Of a stretch of DNA of 64,000 bases, positions 37,731 through 50,569 are shown piece by piece (the first letter of the stretch is position 1; every line of letters starts with the position of its first letter). The position numbers and the translations under genes were made by a program. The notes below the pieces were generated by a model that saw only the letters and a list, made by a program, of their open reading frames with translations, was not told the origin of the DNA and searched no databases. Origin of the DNA: Squalus acanthias (taxonomy: Eukaryota); NCBI GenBank assembly GCA_030390025.1, contig CM059432.1, positions 47,804,001 to 47,868,000 of the forward strand, written 5' to 3'.

Positions 37731-40111
37731 TGAAGGGATAATTACAAGTCCTAGCCCTTTCGGACTACCCTAGATCAGGCGTATTCCCCAGACGTTCACC
37801 TTCAACTAAAGTTAGCGGTAGCCGGATCCCATAAGACGCTTAATTGGGTCTAAAGGTCAGACTACCTCTTCCTAAAGGAAAGAAATGGTCTAAAGATGTT
37901 ACCGTCCTCCGGATAGTACTTTTAATAAGTTTAACTAGACTGTAACCTTCCAGATATTATGAGGGTCCGGAATACCCCCCAGAATTCTGCAACTCCTTTG
38001 TGAAGAGTGTACAGAAATTTGAGTTCGCGAGATTGATACAAAATACTCTGTGAGACTATTCTAAAAATATATAGATTTATTAAAGAACCGACATTTAGTA
38101 AACAGCTGCTATGGCAATCGCAACTTTAACCGTTCAAAATACAAATAGCTTACATTTCTTATCAGAGATCCTTATTCTCAAATCTTAACTTCGTTACATT
38201 TCCACACTTCTACTTATTTCTTAATCCAGAATATCCACCAAAATCAAATACCTTGATTACCCGAGATTCAAAAGTTAAAAACTTAGAGCATATCTGAAGT
38301 TGAGAAATGCTTGTCTTCCCAGCAACTTCTGCTTTTCTGTTTGAAAAGGTCTTATTTTTATATCTTTTTTGGGTGGTTTATCCTTTGAAGTTCTCCTGAT
38401 GATGTAAGCTAATTATTTCAAGTCATTCTTTGCTGACTTTGTTCTATTCTTTATTGTCATTTCAGCTGGCAGCTTTTAGACTTGCGTCTCTACCTTTAGG
38501 TGTTTCAAAAACCTATCATAAAATGGTTATTATCGATTTATCTATTTGATGCCATTCTTAGGAAGTCTTTCTATTGAATTTCTAATACTACTTTAACTGG
38601 TTATTGGCCCAGAAATTCACCTCTCCGGCTTGCCGCGGGGGTAAGGATCGCGCGTGCTCTTACCTACCACGCCTGCCGTTGTGTTTTGGGCCCACGGGAA
38701 CTTCGGGTCCTGGGCCTCTCCCAATGCTGGTGCGCAGTGCTTGCGTGTCCCAGGGCGCAGTTAGTGCGATGCGTCCCCTGGGATCACGTGGGCCATGGAG
38801 AGCCAATGGCAGCAGACCATCTTTCATTCATAGATTTGACAGGAGACCTGTCAAATCTATGAACTGAAATCGGCCCCAAAAGAACAGCTAAACTTAAAAT
38901 ACATTTTTTTAAAAACCCATCACATTTATAAAATAACTATAGTTAAATAAATTAACCACTTTAAAGAAAAATTTAAATTTTTGAAAAAATTAAAATACTT
39001 TTTAAAAGTGATAAAAATAAACTTACCTTTCTTTAAAGTATCTAAAAAAGATAAACCTGTTGAAATTTTTTTAAAATTATACTTAATTAACTACTTACCT
39101 TGTTGAAAACAGGTCTTGCGCCTCCTTTTTAATAGCGTAGTATCTTCAATACTTACCCTCGCGTAGAAACCTGAAAAAAAATCTAAGTGTGCTGCGTGCG
39201 CGCAGCCTCTACCGCGCACGCGGTTCACCTAGGAACCGCCCACTTCACCAGACCGGAAGTTCCAGTTTCCCGCGCATACGCAGTGCATGCAGGAAACCGA
39301 CACTTCGGGACGTCTTACGGGTGAGTACACACTGTGTACTCACGCGGGAAGGGACGAATTTTTGGCCCATTATCAGACGTTGTGACTCCTAACTGTTCCA
39401 AGTTTAACACATAAACAATGTAATTGCTTGATGCATCTATTGATGTTATATTTTCAAAGTCTTTCTGTCGGTATATTTTACAACTTGTAAATACTTCATC
39501 TAGGGTGTTCCATACATTTCTTATTTACTTCAATTGGTTTTTATCAGACCTCGGGCCTCCATATTTCAATCTTAACATAAAAACTATTTGTTCAGCAGGC
39601 ATTTAATTTACTTGATGTCATTTCTTCAAAGCCTTCCGTAGGTATCATATTTACAATATGTAAATTGAAAACACTTTACTCAGTTTACTTGTTTTCTAGC
39701 TATCTCAATTGGTTGCATATTTAATCGTGTTTCCGGTCTTATTTGATGTTATATTATGAAGGCTTCTGGTTGTTTAATATTCTAAGTTTCTGTTTGCATC
39801 AGTGTTAGCTTTTAACACTTTAAACTGGGTGATTCCATTGTATTGGTTCCAATGTTCAGACATAGAGGAACCTCCAATGGTTTGCTTCAATGGGGCATTG
39901 TTTTAGTATTTTTAACTAATTCCCATTTCAAAGCTTGTGGTGTTTTACAACTTTGTTTAACAACTGATCTTATCTCAGAAGCCTGTATTTCTGCCTGCAG
40001 CCTTGTCTGCTAAGGCTTGTGTCTTTTAAACCCAGTATGTCATTTATTAATAATTTCAGAAATCTGTTCTTAGTATCGTGTATTTTTCTAAATCCTGGCT
40101 ATTCCTTCACA
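37731..40111 (-). mobile_element. Solo LTR (ERV or Gypsy type)
   Basis: TG...CA ends with short inverted termini (tgaaggga / tccttcaca); 4-bp TSD CAAC (37727-37730 and 40112-40115). Minus-strand TATA-like box at ~38355-38362 and AATAAA at ~38076-38081. Confidence 0.75.
38606..39368. mobile_element. Harbinger-type MITE nested in the solo LTR
   Basis: TIRs ggcccagaaattc / gaatttttggccc; TSD ATT; related to 6255-7287. Confidence 0.8.
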
Positions 40112-40340
40112 CAACTTGTATATAATTAGAAGGGGCTATAAAGGAAAAGCGGTGAATTCCACACATGAAATAGCTTTCCACTGTCCAAAGAACTTATTTG
40201 CAAATTGGAAAATTGTATGGGGATACAGACCCTGGAGGCACCTGTTTTCCAATGAAGGCTGATATGGCAACAGGAGCAGATCAAGGCGCCAATTGCTTCC
40301 TTACACTTTACATTGGAAGATGATTTGGGCTGTATTAGTG

Positions 40341-40661
40341 AAAGAAAGAAAAAATTTGCATTTATGTAGTACCTTTCACAACCTCAAGATGTTCCAAAAC
40401 ACTTCACAGCCTATGAAGCATTTTTTGAGTGTAGTCACTGTTGTAATGTAGGAAACGCGGCAGCCAATTTGCGCACAGCAAGGTCCCACAAACAGCCATG
40501 AAATAAATGACCAGACCATCTGTTTTTTAGGTGTTAATTGAGGGATAAATGTTGGCCAGGACTCCAGGAGAACTCCCCAACTCTTCTTCAAATAGTTCCA
40601 TGGGATCTTTTATGTTCACTTGAGAGGGCAGACAGGGCCTCAGTTAAACATCTCATCTGAA
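40341..40661 (-). mobile_element. Deu-domain SINE (SacSINE1-like), 5'-truncated
   Basis: Minus strand reads ttcagatgagatgtttaactgaggccctgtctgccctctcaagtgaacataaaagatcccatggaactatttgaagaagag...gtcctggccaacatttatccctca, which I recognise as the Deu domain, followed by an L2-like tail. Confidence 0.75.
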
Positions 40662-41449
40662 TAACCATGCATGAATAACCATTAGTACTATCTATTGAAA
40701 TTACACCTGTTTTTGCTCATCTATACTTTTTGCTAAAATTATTAAACAGAGGAAGATATGGTGTCATATTTGAAAGGATCTGAAGTTTGTCTTACATGTA
40801 CTGACAAAATCGTAATCTTGTAACACGCTGAAGTCAACACTGGATTATTCCTTTCAGAACCTTAAGTCTGGAATAATTTAATGAGAACCAGTTCTGACCA
40901 ATAGTGTATTCAGGGATGTTATTCAATGGGTCTTAAGTCTGTAAACAGAGTATAATTACTAAATCGATGTCAAGTCCTGTTGTAGCCTCTATACTTATTA
41001 CAAAGTCAGGATCACTGGTTTTTAATACATGGTTTAAATGCAGGCATTCTTCTTCAGAACCTAAAAGGTCAATTAGCTCCTCAAAAATCAGTACAGCTCC
41101 CTCTCTGATTAATACATTTCAGAGCAGTACTGTGGGAAACTAATAATACATTGCAGATGGCTTTTTCTAATCCTATTAACCAAACTCACTGTTTTTTCAT
41201 TTATCATGGCAGCCTCTCTAAAAACATCCTCAGCAGGCAGCTTGTGGCACTTTATTGTGAAATTTGTGAAATTTTCTCCCATTGTACTAAACACCAAAGA
41301 GCATAAAATCTGTACACAGATGGGGCTTATTAAACGTGGCCTTTTTTAAGAGCCAGAAAACCTAACATTTCAGGAGAGTTTTGTGTGACTTCATGCTTTT
41401 TTATATATAAATTGCATGCAACACCACTCTGTCTCAATACAAACACAGT

Positions 41450-44400
41450 GGCCTAGAAATTTGATAAGGCCCGAAAACGGGCAGGGGCACCGCCCAGGAC
41501 TATTTGCCTGCGCCTCTTCTTAAGTGGTAAGTGGTGCAGGCAACACGCAAAATTCGTGCTGCCTGTTCATTAACATGATTGCAACGCTGATCTCAGTGCT
41601 AAACGCGCTGCTGATTGGCTTAGCGCTCAACGGGGGTGGGGGGGTGGGCAATATCGGGTGCAGTCCACTGCCCAATAAAGTTTGGCCAGGCTCTCTCCAC
41701 TATTAAAGGGGAGGTGCTTTGTTGCAGAAGCACCTCTTTGTCAGATGAGAAAAAGGAATGTTGCTACAGGGAAGAGAGCGCGAGACGGTTCTCGGATGCT
41801 GCACTGGAGGCCTTGGTCCTGGGGGTAGGGGGGCAAGAGGCCATCAAAGGTTATCAGCAGAAGGATTTGGGAGGAGATCCCACAATCCATCACAGCGACA
41901 AGTGTTGTCCCCAGGACATGGATCCAGTGTCGAAAAAAGTTTAATGACCTCACATGGTTGGTCAAGGTGAGTGCAGGCGTCAGCAAATGCCATATCCCAC
42001 CATCTGTACCGCAAGCCTCACACACTGCTCAATGCACCACATCCCCAGCACTCGCCTACCAACAAACTCTAGCTATCACCACTCATACCTCACAATCATG
42101 GCTTCACTTCACCCTCACACACTTACCACTGCTGCAACACTCACACCCACATCTCACACCTTGTACACGCTGACAGGTATTCAACCATGGCAGGGACATC
42201 ACCGAAACACATTGCACTACACTCACTGACATACTTCCCTTTCTCTTGCAGGCAAAGGTGGCTCACAACCGCTGTGAACAACAACAGATGGAGGTGGCCA
42301 AGTGAGAATTTTACACCCTGAATGACCTCGAGGAATCCATGTTCCAAATTATTGGAGGGGCAGTGACAGAGTCCGTGGCAAGTGGAGAAGTTGAAACCAT
42401 TGCTGATGTTGATGGTATGGTCATACCTAATCCTTCTTCTCACACCCCACTTCACTCTCATCCCACAATCTCTTCTCTCTTACAAGCTGCTGATGGTGTA
42501 TGCATGGATATCTTGCTTTCACCGCGCCCCCCCCCCCCCCACCATAACCCGTCCCTTGTGCCTTTCTGCTTTCAGATACCCAAGAACTGCCAGCAGGCCA
42601 GCCTGTCCCTCAACATCTTGAACAAATTGATGGAGGAGAACAAGAAGACACCGGCACTGCATCTGACACTTGCAGACACCAACTCAGAAAATGACACTCC
42701 ACGGACTTTAGAGGGTAGTATAGAGGTGGGATCTGCACGTGGTGAGTCACGGTGCACGAGTGGGCTGCATCCAGGCCAGGGGGAAAGGGTAGCTTGGGTG
42801 TCAGCTCCCCGGAGGACGAGTTTACGCATGGGTTCTGCTGCACAGGACTCAGATGATGACCTCGAGGGGGCAGCCTCCATTAGAAGGGTGATGGGCATGC
42901 TAGGTGCAATGGCAAACCTGTCAGAGAGCCTTTTGGCAATGTCAAGGAGCATGGAGGAGTTCGGCTCCAATACTGCACGGAGCTTTGAGTCCATGATTTC
43001 CAGGATGGACCTCGTGGACCCACAGATGATGCTGGGTGTGATGGGAGATGTCGTGGCTTCCATTGTAGCACAGGCGGAAGCGACCCAACGTCTCACTGCT
43101 GCATTGGATGCTCAGTTAGCTGCCATTGTCGCTGGGTTTACGAGTCTCGAAAGGGGCTTGCAGAGTGCAGTAGCAGGCCAAAATTCTGTCCTCCAACAGA
43201 TGGCTAGGAATGCTGAGGCACCGCCCCGGGGGAGTGGCAGTGGCTCCGTGGAGCAAGAACCTGCAGTCCTCTCTCAGGATGACAGCATTCCTACTCCCAC
43301 CACTGCCACTCCGCCATTGCCCTTGCTGCTGTCTGTCAGCCAGCCAGCCCAGACTGCTGCCACCCATGCAGAGGAAGTGCAGTCTACAGCCGGGCCTTCT
43401 AGGTCCAGAGCTGTTGGAGGTCGTTCTGCAAGGTCATCTGTGTGTTTGGAATTTGTGTTTTGTGGTAGCTCTCATTTCAGCTTTGTACCCAGGAGGACAC
43501 TGTGATGTTCTGTGACAGAGGGATGGTATAATGGGGAAGTGGTGAGCAACAGAGATCTGGGGTTTCATTCACTGGAATCAGAATCTGATGAGGCGCTCAT
43601 GGACAGCCCGTCTGGAATGGGGATGTGCTGCCTGCCTCCTCTTCCTCTTCCTTTTCTTCCTCCTTCTCCTCCTCCGGAGGTGGTCCCGCAACCCCTGGTG
43701 GCAAGGGCTGCACCTTCATGATGGCCAAGTTGTGCAGCATGCAGCAGACCACCATGAATTGGGACACCCGCTCCGGTGAGTACTGGAGGCTTCTCTTGAG
43801 CGGTCAAGGCAGTGGAACCATTGGCTCAGCACCCTGATAGTCTGCTCGATGACGTTCCTCATGGCAGCATGGCTCTCATTATATGACTGCTGGCCATGAG
43901 TGGTGGGGTTGCGGAGGGGAGTCATCAGCCAGGTTCAGAGCGGATAGCCCTTGTCTCCGAGCAGCCATCCTCGGGTTTGACATGGTGGCTGGAAGATTGC
44001 TGGCACACTGGACTGGCGCAGGATGAAGGCATCATGGCTGCTGCCAGGATAGCGGGCATTCACCATCATGATGCGCTGGATGTGGTCGCATAACAACTGC
44101 ACGTTAAGTAAGTGGTAGCCTTTGTAGTTACGGAACATCTCAGGATTGTTATGCGGTGCCCGCAAAGCCACGTGTATGCAGTCGATGGCACCCTACACCA
44201 TGGGTAAGCCTGCTATCTTGGCAAAGCCACAGGTATGCTTGTCCTGCTTTTCTCTGTTCAGAGAGAAGACAATGAAGTCCTTTCTCTTGGAGTAGAGAGC
44301 CTCTGTGACCTCCCGGATGCAGCGATGGATGGCAAACTGGGAGACGTTAGCTATGTCTCCTGCTGTGAACTGGAAGAATCCTCTGGCAAAACAATTCAGG

Positions 44401-45367
44401 GCCACGGTCACCTTGAGGCCACTGGGAGAGCCGTCATCGCCCTGCTCTGAGGCTGCAGGTCAGGTTGCAGGAGGTGGCAGAGTTCTGTAACCACCTCCTT
44501 GGTGAAGCCGACCCTCCTAATACACTGCTCCTGGCTTAAGTGGAGGTAGGAGAAGTGCTCTCGGAAGACCCTTAGGTGGGTATGGCCTCCTGCTGAGAGC
44601 CCACCTAGCCCTCCCCTCCTCCCTCTGAGAGCATCTTCTCCTCTTCTTCGCTGGCTCCGCTCCATCTCTCTATGATACTCGAACGTGAAGTGGGACTGCA
44701 AGTAGAGCCCCATGACCGTGAGCAAGTGGTGTGAGTAGAAGCCTTTAAATGAGAAGCAAGGCATTCTCCACTTGCAGCAACACTCCCTGTGACCTCAGCA
44801 ACTTTAAACAAGTTTAGAAAGCTCCAAACAGTTACAGAAACTTAGACAGAGCCAGTAGAAATGCAAAAGCAAGTCAGCTGCAAGTTGTTGCTGATCCCTT
44901 TAAATAGCGCTGCTGAGGGCTCCTTCCTGCTGCTGAATGCATGGTCAGCTGGTGGTGATTAGAAGAGGGCGTCAATGGTCCCTTTATGCTGCGTGGCCGC
45001 GCAGCGCTCTGCAGGTCCCGTGCTGCTGGTGAGCAGGCTTTTAAATAGAAAAACCACAGAATTTTGAATGGCCCGTGCAACCTGTTAAAGGAGCCAAAAA
45101 AATTAGAGATAACATTGGTGGGCGTTAAATGGAGTGGCGACGTCCAAAATGGCAGATCGTACATCAAGGCAGCGTTGCACACTCATTGATGTCACAATCT
45201 GCCTAATTTAAATATCTGGAGCAAGCGCTGATAATGGCAGCAGTACCAACCTCCCCAAAATGGCGGCAGCCACGGAACCTGCCGGAATGGACGGAAGCAA
45301 GTCAGCCGCCATTTTTTCTTCAAAACGGGCCTTAATGGCCGGCGCTAAACCCCCGAATTTCTACGCC
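41450..45367. mobile_element. Full-length but degraded two-gene Harbinger transposon
   Basis: TIRs ggcctagaaatt / aatttctacgcc. Myb/SANT gene on + (RFSDAALEALV; donor near 41967; acceptors near 42251 and 42575; long exon in ORF 42339..43505). Transposase on - (~44713-43570; [40 protein letters not shown]). Confidence 0.88.
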
Positions 45368-45369
45368 AC

Positions 45370-45797
45370 TCAGTTCTTCCTTTCCTCTCCTCACACCACA
45401 CACAAACACCATTCTCTTCTCAGAAACTACTCTTTGCACAGCCAACAACTCCTCCCACCACTCCTTCCTCACTTCACAACACACACACTTCCCTTTACAT
45501 TCATCACATCCCCATACACATTTCACCTTGATGCGCCTCCACCTCTCAACATATCCACGATATGCACAAGCCCCACACATCTCCACTTACAGCCACTCAC
45601 TAACTCTTACCCTCTCTTTCTGCAGGACAAAACAGTCCATAATGCTAAGGAGAAGAACAAGAGTGGAGGAGGAGTTCCATATATCATTGTCCTCACCGAA
45701 GCAGAGCAGAACGCCCTGGAAATCAAAGGCCCAGGTAGAGCCATGAGCATCGGGGAAGGCAAAGCTGGTGGCATTCCAGAACAGGGTGTCTGCGTAT
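45370..45797 (+). mobile_element. Fragment of another Harbinger Myb/SANT gene (intron plus exon 2)
   Basis: CA-rich intron, acceptor ttctgcag, then DKTVHNAKEKNKSGGGVP..LTEAEQ.ALEI, equivalent to exon 2 of the other elements. Confidence 0.6.
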
Positions 45798-47015
45798 AGA
45801 TCCTTGGTTAGACCACACTGTGAACAGTTCTGGTCACCATATGAAAAGGACATACAGGCACTGGTGAAGGTGCACAAAACAGACTTACTAGAATGATACC
45901 AGAACTGTGAGGTTATACTTATCAGAAAAGACTGAACAGGCTAGGGACATTTCTCTAGAAAAGAGAAGACTGAGGGATGGCCTGATAGAGGTCTTTAAGA
46001 TTATGAAAGGGTTTGATAGGGAAGACATAAATAAGATGTTTCCACTTGCGGGGGAGACCAGAACTAGGGTCCATAAATATAAGATAGTTACTAATAAAAC
46101 CATCACCACCACCACCAACAACTTGTATTTATATAGCGCCTTTAACATAGTAAAACATCCCAAGGTGCTTCACAGGAGTATTATAAGACAAAAATTTGAC
46201 ACCGAGCTACATAAGGGGAAATTAGGGCAGATGACCAAAAGCTTGGTCAAAGGGGTAGGTTTTAAGGAGCATCTTAAAGGAGGAAAGAGAGATAGCGAGG
46301 CGGAGAGATTTAGGGAGGTAATTCCAGAGCTTAGGGCCTAGACAACAGAAGGCACGGCCACCAATGGTTGAGCAATTATAATCAGGGATGCTCAAAAGGG
46401 CAGAATTAGAGGAGCACAGATATCTCGGGGGGTTGTGGGGCTGAAGGAGATTACAGAGATAGGGAGGGGCGAGGCCATGGAGGGATTTGAAAACAAGGAT
46501 GAGAATTTTGAAATCGAGGTGTTGCTTAACCGGGAGCCAATGTAGGTCAGCGAGCACAGGGGTGATGGGTGAACGGGACTTGGTGCAAGTTAGGACACGG
46601 GCAGCCGAGTTTTGGATGACCTCAAGTTTATGTAGGGTAGAAAGTGGGAGGCTGGCCAAGTGTGCGTTGGAATAGTCAAGTCTAGAGGTAACAAAGGCAT
46701 GGATGAGGGTTTCAGCAGCAGATCAGCTGAGGCAGGGGCGGAGTCGGGCAATGTTACGGAGGTGGAAACCAATAGGGATTCAGAAGAAACTTCTTTACTC
46801 AGAGTGGTAGAATGTGGAACTCGCTACCACAAGGAGTAGTTGAGGTGACTAGCATAGATACATTTAAGGGGAAGCTAAATAAACACATGAGGAAGAAAGG
46901 AATAGAATGATATGTTAATGGGGTTAGATGAAGAAGTGCGGGAGGAAGCTCGTGTGGAGCATAAACACTGGCATGGACCTGTTAGGCCGAATGGCCTGTT
47001 TCTGTGCTGTAGATA
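45798..47015 (+). mobile_element. CR1 3' fragment interrupted by an L2 insertion
   Basis: SLEKRRLRDGLIEVFKIMKG in ORF 45907..46341; the CR1 resumes at ~46770 and ends ggccgaatggcctgtttctgtgctgta. Confidence 0.8.
46100..46769 (-). mobile_element. L2 LINE 3' end
   Basis: ORF 46222..46659 has IQNSAARVLT...ITPVLADLHWLPV...FKILILVFKSLHGLAPPYL; (cac/caa)n tail. Confidence 0.88.
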
Positions 47016-47019
47016 CTAT

Positions 47020-47865
47020 GGGGGCGATTTTGCCAATGGGGGCACGTTGGAGGCGGGACTGCTGCTTGTCGGGTCGATGTCCTGCCTCCATCGATTTGTG
47101 GCCAACCCACGCTATTTTCCCTTGATTGACCTTGTTAAGCCCGCCCAGCGGGCTTAGCAGGCCAGTTAAGGAAAAGCCGGTTACAGAGAACGTCAGCGTA
47201 TGACGTTTCATCTGTCAAAACTTTTTGACAGATGAATTGTCATTGTTTGACAGCTCTGTGAAGCTGTCAAACACTGACATTCTCTGTAGTTTGATGAGTT
47301 CTTGAATTCAAGACTTATCAAACCTCTTTCTTTAGCAGAAATTAGATGGTTGTTGCATTGGAGAATGCAGCAGCCATCTGTCATCTCTGCTGCGGAAGTG
47401 CGAGACTCTCCGCATACAAACCGACTGAAGCCTGCAGGAAGAAACAAAGGTAAGTAAACTTTTTCTAACACTTTCCACTCACCTCACATACTCACCTCTC
47501 CACACTTGCACCCATCACTTACCTTCACAGTGCACTTTTGCACCCCTCCGACCCCCGCAGACCCACTGCTCGCCTCGGTGACCCTGGCGGGGTTCGGAGC
47601 CTTCAGGAAGCCTGCACTTGTGTGGGTAAAATGGGGATAATCCTCTTATCTGCCTGTTAACTACCTGTTAACAGGCAGTTAAGTGGCTGTAATCCCCTTC
47701 CCGCCTCCAAGGAGACGGGATCCGGCGGGGGTTGGGTACCCGCCTCCTGGCAAGATGGCATGGAGGCGGGTTGGGGGCGGGTTGGGTACCCGCCCCCAGA
47801 TTCTGCCATTTTCCTGGCAGCCCCGCCTCCATACCCGCCTCCCCAGGGCTGGCAAGATCGCGCCC
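47020..47865. mobile_element. Harbinger-type MITE
   Basis: TIRs gggggcgattttgcca / tggcaagatcgcgccc; TSD TAT. Confidence 0.8.
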
Positions 47866-48049
47866 TATGTAATTACCTGCAACCCGTCAATCACCTCAGC
47901 AAAGATCCAGCAAGCTTTACTACTTCAAGCTGCATTCTCAGAACTGCCACCTGCTAACGTCTAGCCTCTATCTGCCATCCTAACTCTTGTTTTTTTTTTC
48001 ACTTTCCTCGAGGTACTTTACAGCAGCAAGGCCTTCCTTCTCTAGAAAC

Positions 48050-48700
48050 CTCTGAGGAGGAATATCTTCCTGAGGATACAGATTCAAGTGCTCAATTCCC
48101 ACCCACCCAGTCATCAGCTCAGACCCTGACACTCTGCTTGGGTTAGATAGTAGGACACAGGTCTGCACGTGGTGAGACACGAAGCACGAGTGGCAGCAGC
48201 AGGTATTAGTGGAAGGGATAGCCCAGGAGAGAGCTCACCAGAGAGCGAGGCCCCCTCCCAGCTCCGCTGAGTAGGACACAGATGCAGCGTACAGGGGCCC
48301 AGCCATGAGAAGAAAACTGCTGGAATCACACAAGGAGTTATAAAATGTATTAGATAGCTTGCCAAGGAGTTTTGGCTAAGCGTATGGAGGAGTCGGCTTC
48401 CAGCCTGTGTGATGCCATCTCGTATGGCTTCAGCACTCTGAAGTCTGTGAGGGACACTGTAACTGGGCCTTCACAGCAGAAGTCTATGCTCGTATGCTTT
48501 GCAGCTTTGGTGAAAGCCTCAAATAACTGTCATGCAAGCTCTAGGCTCCACCTTGGAGAGACTGGTGTCCACCTTGGACAGATTGGTGGACTGAAGAGAT
48601 AGGGGCTTTCAAGAAGTCACTCATCTTCTGCAATCTGCTGTTCCACAGATGAGTGGAAGTAATGAATCCCAGTCCCACAGGAGTGGCAGTGGCTTCATCA
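48050..48700 (+). mobile_element. Old relic of a Harbinger Myb-gene C-terminal exon
   Basis: tctgcacgtggtgag, AKRMEESAS and ggagtggcagtggct match segments of 42730-43250. Confidence 0.5.
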
Positions 48701-49590
48701 GGTTCTCATTTCTAACCCTAACATCACAACAGCATCCTGTTCAACTCTGCAGTGTTACAAATAGCCAGTTTATACATGCACTGTAAATTTACACCCATTG
48801 TGAATTGCATCTGTTGAACACTCAAACGATTGGGAAAGCACAAAGAATTCAGTGATTCATTCTGATTATATTGTACAGTAAATTCTTCCACCACTTTTCA
48901 AATTTTTTAGGGAGTATGAGGTGTGTACAGATTCATGCTTGGGCAGTATTAAGACTTGATACAAACTTGAATCGAGTGAATATGAAGAGCAGACAATTAA
49001 TTTAGGACTGTAATTTACTTCAGCATTGATCAAAACTGCAACAAGTTTCTATTTTTACAGTGAAGTATTATTAGTCCTGTGCACAGTGAAAATACTGGTC
49101 ACGCCCTTGAGGATAGTTACAAATATTTTTTGTTTTTACATCCGTTGACGAGAAATCTACATTTTCCAAGTGTGCAGCAGGGATGAGATACTTCATTTGC
49201 TACCAATGTGTATCAGACATTTGTTGCATAATTGGAAAATTTGCCCCTATGAATCAATCCTAAATCTCTGAGAGCCATTAGGAATACTAGCCTAGAAATT
49301 GAATCACGCCAACCTGAACTGGGCTCAGGAATGATCCCTGCACTGGAATGGGTACGCCCGGGGCACACACAATATTAAGCCTCAGGCCTCATTTACACAA
49401 GACCAGTGACCTGCAGATGCCTGCTGGGCACCCCCAGGTAGCTCGCTGGCGAAAAGGATTTCAATTTTGGGCTGCTGCATAGTGGCCCTCAGGTAGATCC
49501 TGGGATGCCTACTGTCACTGTGGTATAGCGGAGACTGCTGGCATAAATTAACTGAAGGGTAAATAATAAATTTTTAATTAATTACATAGA

Positions 49591-50531
49591 ATGGGAGAGC
49601 AGGTGATGTGTTACTGCTGCAATATGTGGGAGCTGGTGGACACCATTGATGTTCACGGTGAACACATTTGCAGTAAGTGTTGGCTGCTCGAGGAACTCCG
49701 GCTCCGTGTTGATGAGCTGGAGTCCGAGCTTCAAACACTGCGACACATCAGGGAGGGGGAGAGTTACCTGGACTCCGTGTTTCAGGAGGTAGTCACACCA
49801 ATTAGAGTAACTAATTCAGAAGTAGCCCATGGTCAGGGACAGGAAGGTGTGACTACGAGTGAGGCAGGTACAGGGATCCAGGAGGTAGTGTTGGAGGAGC
49901 CGCAGCCCTTGCTCTTGTCCAACAGGTTTGAGGCTCTTACTCCCTGTGTGGATAGGAGCGGGGACTGCAGGGAGGATGAGCAACCTGGCCACAGCACCGT
50001 GGTAAGGGGGGCCATTCAAGTGGGGGGAGTAAAAAGAAATGTTGTAGTGGTAGGGGGATAGATAGGGTTCTTTGCAGCCAAGAGCGAGAGTCCCGAAGGC
50101 TGTGTTGCCTGCCCGGTGCCAGGGTTAAGGACATCTCCTCTGGGCTGGAGAGAAACTTGGAGTGGGAGGGGGAGGATCCAGTTGTCGTGGTCCATGTTGG
50201 TACCAATGACATAGATAGGACAAGGAAAGAGGTTCTGCTGAGGGAGTTTGAGCAGCTAGGGGCCAAATTAAAAAGCAGAACCTCGAGGGTAATAATCTCT
50301 GGATTACTACCTGAGCCACGAGCAAATTTGGCTAGGGTAAATAAAATCAGGGAGTTGAATGCGTGGCTCAAAGACTGGTGTGGGAAAAATGGGTTTTGCT
50401 TCTTGGGACACTGGCACCAGTACTGGGGCAGGAGAGAGCTGTTCCGTTGGGACGGACTTCACTTGGCCAGTGCTGGGACTAGTGTCCTGGCGAATCGAAT
50501 AACTAGGGCTGTGGAGAGGGCTTTAAACTAA
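49591..50531 (+). pseudogene. CR1 ORF1 (zinc finger/leucine zipper plus SGNH esterase), frameshifted
   Basis: CYCC..CSKC and LEELRLRVDELESEL; VVVVG is followed by a frame break at ~50055; then VVVHVGTND and DGLHL. Confidence 0.88.
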
Positions 50532-50569
50532 TTAGTGGGGGGGAGGTTTCAAGAGAGCAAAAAATAAAA

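Larger units (their letters stand above)
37467..40340. mobile_element. Non-autonomous element with 112-bp terminal inverted repeats starting CACTA
   Basis: 37467-37578 is the reverse complement of 40229-40340 with 3 mismatches. About 490 bp remain once the nested LTR is removed. No TSD seen; the right end abuts a SINE. Confidence 0.7.
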
